Positions 9,003 to 15,480 of a DNA stretch of 39,162 nucleotides are shown one piece after another. Origin of the DNA: Myxococcota bacterium (lineage in GTDB: Bacteria; Myxococcota_A; Polyangia; Polyangiales; Houyiibacteriaceae). Both the position numbers and the translations under genes were made by a program. The DNA lies in contig JBCCAW010000003.1 of assembly GCA_039814655.1 (NCBI GenBank), positions 1 to 39,162 of the forward strand, in the 5' to 3' direction. The notes under the pieces are model-generated. The model was not told the origin of the DNA. It was given only the letters and a program-made list of their open reading frames with translations, and ran no database searches. Numbering within the stretch: position 1 is the stretch's first letter; the number at the start of each line of letters is the position of its first letter.

Positions 9003-11147
9003 CTACTGGAACGGGATGTCGACGCGCGTGCTCGCGAGCTCGTTCCCGTCGTCCAGGCCGAACTCGAGCTGGGCGCGGTTGATGGCGGCGGGAAGGCCCA
9101 GGTCCGATACGTAGGCCTCGGCGCCGGGGGAAACGAACGTGGTGCCCGAGGCGAAGGCGCTCGTCAGGTCGAAGACCATGTCGCCCTCGTCGATGATCAG
9201 CGAGACCGAGGTGATGGGCGTGGCGAACTGCGGGTCGATGGCCAGGTAGGCGCCATCGTAGACGAGGTCGACGACGCAGACGCTGCAGGGACTGCCGGGC
9301 GGCTGAGGCACGACGCGCCCGGGATCCGCCTCGGCGGCGAAATACTGCGAGCCCGGACAGAGGTCCGGATGTGCCGAGAGATGCGTCGCGTCGGCGCGCA
9401 CGGGGAAGGGACAATCCGGCGAGTCCACGAGATCCGTGAGGCCCGACGCGGACGGTCCCGCCGCCAGGTGAAACGAGTTCGGCGGGACCACCACGGCCGC
9501 GCCTCCGTGCGCCGCGATCCGATGAGCCTGGCAGGGAAGCGCAGGAACGGGAGCGCAGCCTGCCGCGTGCGGCGTAGAGGCGCACCGGAGGTTGATCGCC
9601 GCCTGCAGCGTCGCGCACGCGGAGAGCCGGCGCGGCGGGTCGCAGGGCGGATGCGCGCAGACGTCGGCCTGCGGGAGCGACAGGGGTACGCTCCCTTCGT
9701 CCCGAAGCAGCGCCATGACCTGATCCGCACTGAAGGACGGCAGGTAGGCCCAGACCAAGGCCGCCATGCCGCTCGCCGCGGCCGAGCCCAGCGACGTCCC
9801 GGTCAGGAGCGTGCTCGGACGCGGGGCCGCGCCGTGCGCGGCGAGGTCGAGGGCCGCGAAGCGCGCGGGAGCGACGAGCTCGGGCAGGCCCCCTTCGCGG
9901 GTCATGTGGAGGGGCCGGTCGGTCTCGTCGACGGCGCCGACGGGGTACACGACGGGCCCGAGCCCGCAGGAGGACGGAACGTCGGCGAAGGCGGCCGGCA
10001 GGAGCGGCCCACTCTGGTCGAGGGAGTCCGGACCCGCGACGCGGTTGCCGCTCGCCGCGAAGACGAGCGCTCCCTGACAGGTCGCGAAGTCGAGGGCCGA
10101 CCGCACGGCCAGGACCGCCGCCCGCGTGTGACCGCCGATCTCCGTGAACCGGTCGTCGAACCCGAGCGAGAGGTTGATGATGATCCGGTTGGTTCGGCCC
10201 CGCGCCTGCCAATCGAGGACCGCGCTTTCGATCTCGGTGGCGAGCGTTCCGATGAAGCCGTAGTGGCCGCCCCTCGGGTCGATGTGCCCGTCCGGCGCTA
10301 CGCGATCGAGCGCCAGGTGGTGGGCGAATTCCACGGCGCAGGGACCGCCGCTCGCGACCCTCGCTGGGCACGCGACCTCTTCGATGGCGCGACCCATGAG
10401 ACGCGCGTGGTTCGAGCGCGGCGAGGCCGGCGCCACATCGTAGCGGGGTGGCCCCGGCGGCGCCGGGGAGGCGTCGACGATGGCGATCTCGACCGGCTGC
10501 GGATACATCGCGGCTCCGGCGGAGATGACCGGCAACGCAGCGGGACTCTCGAGCTGCGCGCGATAGCCGGCCTCGAAGGCGGGGAACACGAGCTGGAGCG
10601 CCTGGACGGCCGGAGTCGGCGTCATGGGAGCGACCGCCTCGCAGTCGGGGTCCAGCCAGGCGGCCGGTGGCCGGCCGGCATCGGAGGGCAGACCCAGGGT
10701 CCCCGGGGGGTTCCCGGGACCGGTGTATTCGTAGGCGCAGAAGCCCGTGCCCGACGCGCTCGTCGCGTGCTGAAGGAGCTCGACGGAAGCCCAGGCCGGG
10801 CTCGCGCTCGGGCAGGACGTGCCGGCAGCCAACACGCCGACCCTGCGCCGGCCGTCACAGAGGGCGCTCGTGGGCCGCGGCTCATCGACGCGGATGCAGT
10901 AGGTGCTCCCCATGGGCTCGTCGACGTTCCCGTCGCAGTTGTCGTCGACGCGGTTGCAGACCTCTGGAGCTCCGGGGTGAATCGCGTCGTCCAAGGGCGC
11001 GCAATCGCGCCCGTTGAGGTAGCCGTCGCCGTCGGCGTCTCCGCGGGGACGCAAGGAGGCTCCGGAGCTCGCCGCGCCATCGCCCGTTGCCGTGCATCCG
11101 AGCAACCCGCTCAAACACATGACGCTCGTCGTAAGTCTTAGGCTCAT
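9003..11147 (-). CDS. Lipoprotein with a MopE-like putative metal-binding repeat and an S8 subtilase domain
   Basis: Lipobox LLGC; DADGDGY...DCAPLDDAIHPGAPEVCNRVDDNCDGNVDE repeat; subtilase motifs IAIVDAS (Asp), SNHARLMG (His), IINLSLG, FAASGN (oxyanion Asn), LTGTSLGS (Ser); Cys-rich tail. RBS AGGAAAG. Confidence 0.8.
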   Translation of the reverse strand: MSLRLTTSVMCLSGLLGCTATGDGAASSGASLRPRGDADGDGYLNGRDCAPLDDAIHPGAPEVCNRVDDNCDGNVDEPMGSTYCIRVDEPRPTSALCDGRRRVGVLAAGTSCPSASPAWASVELLQHATSASGTGFCAYEYTGPGNPPGTLGLPSDAGRPPAAWLDPDCEAVAPMTPTPAVQALQLVFPAFEAGYRAQLESPAALPVISAGAAMYPQPVEIAIVDASPAPPGPPRYDVAPASPRSNHARLMGRAIEEVACPARVASGGPCAVEFAHHLALDRVAPDGHIDPRGGHYGFIGTLATEIESAVLDWQARGRTNRIIINLSLGFDDRFTEIGGHTRAAVLAVRSALDFATCQGALVFAASGNRVAGPDSLDQSGPLLPAAFADVPSSCGLGPVVYPVGAVDETDRPLHMTREGGLPELVAPARFAALDLAAHGAAPRPSTLLTGTSLGSAAASGMAALVWAYLPSFSADQVMALLRDEGSVPLSLPQADVCAHPPCDPPRRLSACATLQAAINLRCASTPHAAGCAPVPALPCQAHRIAAHGGAAVVVPPNSFHLAAGPSASGLTDLVDSPDCPFPVRADATHLSAHPDLCPGSQYFAAEADPGRVVPQPPGSPCSVCVVDLVYDGAYLAIDPQFATPITSVSLIIDEGDMVFDLTSAFASGTTFVSPGAEAYVSDLGLPAAINRAQLEFGLDDGNELASTRVDIPFQ

Positions 11148-11156
11148 CGTTCTTTC

Positions 11157-13862
11157 CTATCGGGTCAGCACGCGATACGCGGACCACTCGCCTCGGTGTG
11201 TTTCGCGGAGCGCAAGCACCGCTGCTCGAAGCTCCGTTTCCGACACGCGCTGCGCCTGAGCGCGTCGGCCCAGCTCCGCGGCCAGCGCGGCCGCGGCGGC
11301 ATCGCTCACGGGCCGGCTCGTCGCGACGACGAGCTCGGCGCCCGCCAGCAGGAACGCCTGCGCCAGCCCGAGGCTGGCGACCGTGGCTCCCGGAGTGCCC
11401 CGAGCGGTCCCGCAGCCGCTCAGGATGGCCACGCGAGGCGCGGCAGACAGCGTAAGAACGTCCGAGGGGAAGAGGCGGTCCGAGCCGGCGAGCTGAAGCA
11501 CCCGCTGCCAGCCGGAGCGCCCCTGCGCCTCGCTGTGGCCTGCGAAGTGGAGCAGCTCGGCATGGCCCAAGGCGTCCATGACGGCGCGCCGCGTCGCCTG
11601 GGGCCCGACCAGCGTCCGCGACGGTAGGCCCGCCGCGCCGAAGGCGGCAGCCAAGCCGTGCGCCTCGCCCCGCGCCAGCCGAAGGTCCGAGCTCGGATCG
11701 GCCACGAGCAGGGCGCTTCCCGCGGTGTCGCGGCGCGCCTCCGCCGGGCCCACGTCGAGCCCGTAGACCACCGGAACGTGCGCCATCAGGGGCCGCCCGG
11801 CGACGGGCAACGCGTGGAGGTCCTGCGCCATCCAGGGCCCCGAAGGCAACGCCACGATCCTCCGGACCCCCGCGAGGCGTGCCTCGAGCGCTCGGCGCAT
11901 CAAGGGCAAGGACTGCTCCACGGTAGGCCCAAGCGGCACGGCCTCGACCCGATCGCCAAGACCGGCGATCAGCGTCCACGCGCCGCGGTGGCGAGCGAAC
12001 GCGAGCAGGAGGTCCCCGGGGGGGTAGGCGGGCAGCTCGTCGCTCACGCGGGCTCGGCCCACCACGTGATCGAGGAGGCGCCGGGCCTCGGCGTCCATCC
12101 GCGCGACCGTGGCGTCGTGATCTGCGAGCTCGGATTGCGGCGTGTCGAAGCGCCGCCGCGCGAAGGTCTCGACCTCCGCGCGGGCGGCGGCGTAGGCATC
12201 GAAGGCCTCGGCACGATCCATCGGGTCGGGCCCTGTCCTCGACCGCTCGCGAGTGTGGAGGCTGCGGATCGCACGCACGCGCTCACGCCTCAGCGCGCCG
12301 AGCGCCAGGTCGGCGCGCCCTCGCTCGAGGTGAATCTCCACGAGGAGCCGCCCGCTGGTCGCCCGTGTGCTGGCGAACACATCCCTGCCCTCTCCGACAG
12401 CGACCTGAAGCAGCTCACGGTCCAGGAGCTTCTCCGCGCGGCGCAGGTGATGGACGGCGGCATCCAGATCGCCTTGGCTCCAGGCTACGCGAGCACGACC
12501 GACCGCAGCCCGGCGCGCGCCGGGGTTGGCCGCATGAGCCTGGCTCAGCGCGTAGAGTCGGTCGTAGGCCTTTCGCGCACCGTCCGTATCACCACGCGCC
12601 AGAGCCAGCCGTCCATCGACCTCCCATAGCCAGCTCTCAACTTCGAGGTCGGCCCGGCTCAGCTCCGCACGCACGGCGGCGAGGCGTACGTCCGCATCCT
12701 CGATCAAGCCTGCGCTCAGCTCGGCAAGCGCAAGGTCGACCTGAATCGAAAGGCGCTCCTCGGGACGCAGGCACGCGTCGGCGTTGAAGTCGAGAGCACG
12801 GCGAAGCGTAGTAAGCGGGTTCCAGTGACCATCATTGAGGTGCTCAGCCTCGGCCTCAAGCTCGATCCACGCGCGCGACCAAAGTGAGTAGACGAGCAGA
12901 CAGGAGCCGGCGTCGACGCGGCTTTCGAGCGCCAACAAGAGGGCGTGCGCTTCGCGGCTCCTTCCGATGGCCCCGACGGTGTGCGCCACCTTGAGCGTGG
13001 CGTTCTGCTCATCGCGGTGCAGGCCCTGCCGGGCGGCCAGGCGCTCCGCAGCGGCGAAGTTCTCCGACGCAGCACGAAGGTCACTGAGAAGGAGGTCCGT
13101 GAGGCCGAGGAAGTACGGCAAGCGAGCCCGGCCGTTGGGGTGCAGCCGGTCCATCCGCGCCCTCTCGTCGAGCTCCCCGAGGATGCGACGAGCACGCTGA
13201 CGGCCTCCGTTCGGCAACAACCGGCTGTAGTACGCCGCAGCAAGCCGATCATCTGTGGCGCCGGAGACGACGCCGAGGCCGTCCCACATGCCGGCGCTTT
13301 CCAGCAACACGTCGACGCCGCGGGCCGTCCTGCCGCTTCGCGCCAGCAGGCGCCCGCGGAGCGCCATGAGGGCCGCCATCTCCTCGCCTCGAGCATCCGA
13401 CGCCGCTTCGGCGCGGGCCAGCGCGGCCTCCATGCCCTGCGCGGCACGCACCTCGCGCACCTCGTTCAGGCGCGGAAAGTCCGGCTCGAATGCCAGAGGG
13501 AGCTGGTATCGAACACGCGATGCGTCCGCCACGTGAAGCGGTGGAAGGGGAGCCGGTAGCGGATCCGGCAACGTGACGCGAAGCTGACGTCCCCCTTGGA
13601 CGCGCCGATGCTCCACAGCGAGGCGCCGGTCCCCGAGCGCAACGTCGGGCACCGCGTCCAGCTGGTCCGGCGCCACCCACACCACGAGCTCCGTTCCGGG
13701 GCGCACCCGGCAGACCGGTCCCACGAGCTCCGACGCGCACCCGCTCCATTCGACCTCGATGCGGTCCTCTTCCGGGACCTCGACGACGACCGGCGTCGGA
13801 GACGGCGGGATCGTGCTGAAGGTCGCCAAGGCGACAGCGAGCGTGCGGGGGCCGGGCGTCAT
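11157..13862 (-). CDS. TPR-repeat plus CHAT (caspase HetF-associated) protease, 901 aa
   Basis: Central Ala/Leu helical repeats; CHAT motifs LVADPSSDL, LLHFAGHS (His), AILSGCGT (Cys), LGLAQAFLLAGAELVVATSRPVSD, WSAY. ATG 13862 overlaps the upstream TGA (ATGA); the longer 14111 start is rejected. Confidence 0.88.
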   Translation of the reverse strand: MTPGPRTLAVALATFSTIPPSPTPVVVEVPEEDRIEVEWSGCASELVGPVCRVRPGTELVVWVAPDQLDAVPDVALGDRRLAVEHRRVQGGRQLRVTLPDPLPAPLPPLHVADASRVRYQLPLAFEPDFPRLNEVREVRAAQGMEAALARAEAASDARGEEMAALMALRGRLLARSGRTARGVDVLLESAGMWDGLGVVSGATDDRLAAAYYSRLLPNGGRQRARRILGELDERARMDRLHPNGRARLPYFLGLTDLLLSDLRAASENFAAAERLAARQGLHRDEQNATLKVAHTVGAIGRSREAHALLLALESRVDAGSCLLVYSLWSRAWIELEAEAEHLNDGHWNPLTTLRRALDFNADACLRPEERLSIQVDLALAELSAGLIEDADVRLAAVRAELSRADLEVESWLWEVDGRLALARGDTDGARKAYDRLYALSQAHAANPGARRAAVGRARVAWSQGDLDAAVHHLRRAEKLLDRELLQVAVGEGRDVFASTRATSGRLLVEIHLERGRADLALGALRRERVRAIRSLHTRERSRTGPDPMDRAEAFDAYAAARAEVETFARRRFDTPQSELADHDATVARMDAEARRLLDHVVGRARVSDELPAYPPGDLLLAFARHRGAWTLIAGLGDRVEAVPLGPTVEQSLPLMRRALEARLAGVRRIVALPSGPWMAQDLHALPVAGRPLMAHVPVVYGLDVGPAEARRDTAGSALLVADPSSDLRLARGEAHGLAAAFGAAGLPSRTLVGPQATRRAVMDALGHAELLHFAGHSEAQGRSGWQRVLQLAGSDRLFPSDVLTLSAAPRVAILSGCGTARGTPGATVASLGLAQAFLLAGAELVVATSRPVSDAAAAALAAELGRRAQAQRVSETELRAAVLALRETHRGEWSAYRVLTR

Positions 13863-14629
13863 GGATCCGTGCCTTCGAGGTACACCGGCTCGCGCACCTC
13901 GAGAGTTACGCCGTCGGGCCACGTCAGCGTCGCGCCCACGGTGACGGCGCCCGCGAGGTCGCCGAAGAGCGCGCGCGCAGGACCCGAAATCAGGACGCCA
14001 CCCCTCGCGCCGATCTGGACCGGCGGGTTCCACGCCCCCCGGACCCCCGCCACCTCGAGGAAGGGAACCACCTCGACCCCCGGCCGAGCCTGTTCCGGTC
14101 GCAGGTTCCACCGGAACGCGGTCTCCGGGTGGAACGAGGGCACGGCCACCCGGTCCTGGGTCTCACCGCGCTCCGATCGCGCGCCCCGCGAAAGCTCGGA
14201 CGTCATTGCCGGCGCGAGGGACTCCGTCGGAGCCGGCAAGCGGACGAAGAGGAGGAGTGCAGCGGCGACCGCCAGCGATGCCGCGCCTACCCAGGCCCAC
14301 GGCGACCGGCCTCGGCGACCAGGCGCCGGGGTGGACTCGGGCGCCGCGCCGCCGCGCACCGCGGTCTGGACCAGTCGCTCCTTCAGCTCCGGGTCGAGGG
14401 GGCGAAAGGCCTCGAGCCGTGCCGCGAGTTCCTCGTCGTCGAGCGCCCGCGCGCGGAGACGCGCCAACGCCTCGGAGCTCAGCGACCCGGCCGAGAGCGC
14501 CTCCCACTCCGCCCATTGCTCTCGTTCCTTCTGCACGACGTCGCTCCCCCCCTCCCGCGCGAGCCTGCCGAGGTCCCCCATCAGCTCGAGGTCATCGGGC
14601 GTAGGGACCTGGTCTTCCTCATCGCTCAT
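13859..14629 (-). CDS. Putative membrane anti-sigma factor, 256 aa
   Basis: Overlaps the sigma stop by 11 nt; GGAG RBS; acidic helical N-terminus; one TM (PWAWVGAASLAVAAALLLFV) after basic GRRGRS; beta-rich C-terminal domain. Function inferred from position and topology. Confidence 0.7.
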   Translation of the reverse strand: MSDEEDQVPTPDDLELMGDLGRLAREGGSDVVQKEREQWAEWEALSAGSLSSEALARLRARALDDEELAARLEAFRPLDPELKERLVQTAVRGGAAPESTPAPGRRGRSPWAWVGAASLAVAAALLLFVRLPAPTESLAPAMTSELSRGARSERGETQDRVAVPSFHPETAFRWNLRPEQARPGVEVVPFLEVAGVRGAWNPPVQIGARGGVLISGPARALFGDLAGAVTVGATLTWPDGVTLEVREPVYLEGTDP

Positions 14630-15242
14630 CGCCGGTCTCCGGGTACGGGCCTTCGAGCTCACGAGCGATTTGCGCGGCCTTACGCACGATGCGGTGCTTC
14701 CAGGTGTAGATGGCGGCGTGCGAAAGTTCCGTGCGCTCGGCAATCGCCGCCGTGCTGAGCTCCGCGCCGAAGAGCAGCTCGAACACCTGATAGCCCGTTG
14801 GGCTGAGCTGGGCTTCGAGGCGCTCCAACACCACCGTGAGGAACTGGCGCGACGCCAAGCGGGGTTCCGGGCCCGGGGTCGTACGGCGATCGAGGCACTC
14901 GGCGGGCACCGGGTCTTCGGTCCAAGGGCTTCGGCGCGCCGAGCGAAGCAGGGACGCGGTTCGGCGTTCGGCCACCATTCCCACGAAGCTCTCGAGGCCG
15001 AGACCTGCCTCGGGATCCCATGAGCGAAGCAGGCGTCCATCGTCTGCAAAGAGGAGAGCGAAGATCTCCTGGACCATGTCCTCGACTTCTTGTCGGATGG
15101 ACCGGGCGCGGCGCTGACGACGCAAGAGCGCACGAGCCACGCGCACCTGGATGACCGGCGCGAGGCGCTCCACTAAAGACCCCGCGGCAGCCTCCTCCTG
15201 CTGGAGGGCTCGTTCCACTAGCCTTCGGTCGTCCTGTCCCAA
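14619..15242 (-). CDS. ECF-type (group 4) RNA polymerase sigma-70 factor
   Basis: DRRLVERALQQEEAAAGSLVERL, region 2 EVEDMVQEIFALLF, region 4 HTH LSTAAIAERTELSHAAIYTWKHRI. Start uncertain: TTG 15242 chosen, frame open to 15338. Confidence 0.85.
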   Translation of the reverse strand: MGQDDRRLVERALQQEEAAAGSLVERLAPVIQVRVARALLRRQRRARSIRQEVEDMVQEIFALLFADDGRLLRSWDPEAGLGLESFVGMVAERRTASLLRSARRSPWTEDPVPAECLDRRTTPGPEPRLASRQFLTVVLERLEAQLSPTGYQVFELLFGAELSTAAIAERTELSHAAIYTWKHRIVRKAAQIARELEGPYPETGDER

Positions 15243-15480
15243 GCTCGTTTCCCATCGTGGAGTAGCGCTACTGCGTATGTTCGCCGGGAGACCCGCGATT
15301 CTTACGCGAGCCGAGAAAAAAATCCTGGCGCGCCTCACCGGTCAGCGCGTGCGCCGCGAAAGCGGGCATCTCCGAGGGGCGACCGAGCGCTCCACACGGG
15401 TATCGAAGGCGTCGCGCATCGTCAGAATGGGCCCAAACAGCACGAACTCCCTCTGAGACCTGAAACGAGAGGAGTGTTCG

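Noticed and set aside
13863-14111. Extended N-termini in the ORF track (CHAT from 14111, anti-sigma from 15133, hflX from 28057, FG-GAP from 26909, topA from 30669, hemB from 7851, rpsN from 3478)
   Set aside because: The extensions overlap neighbouring genes or promoters. Downstream starts have an RBS, stop-start coupling or match the family N-terminus.
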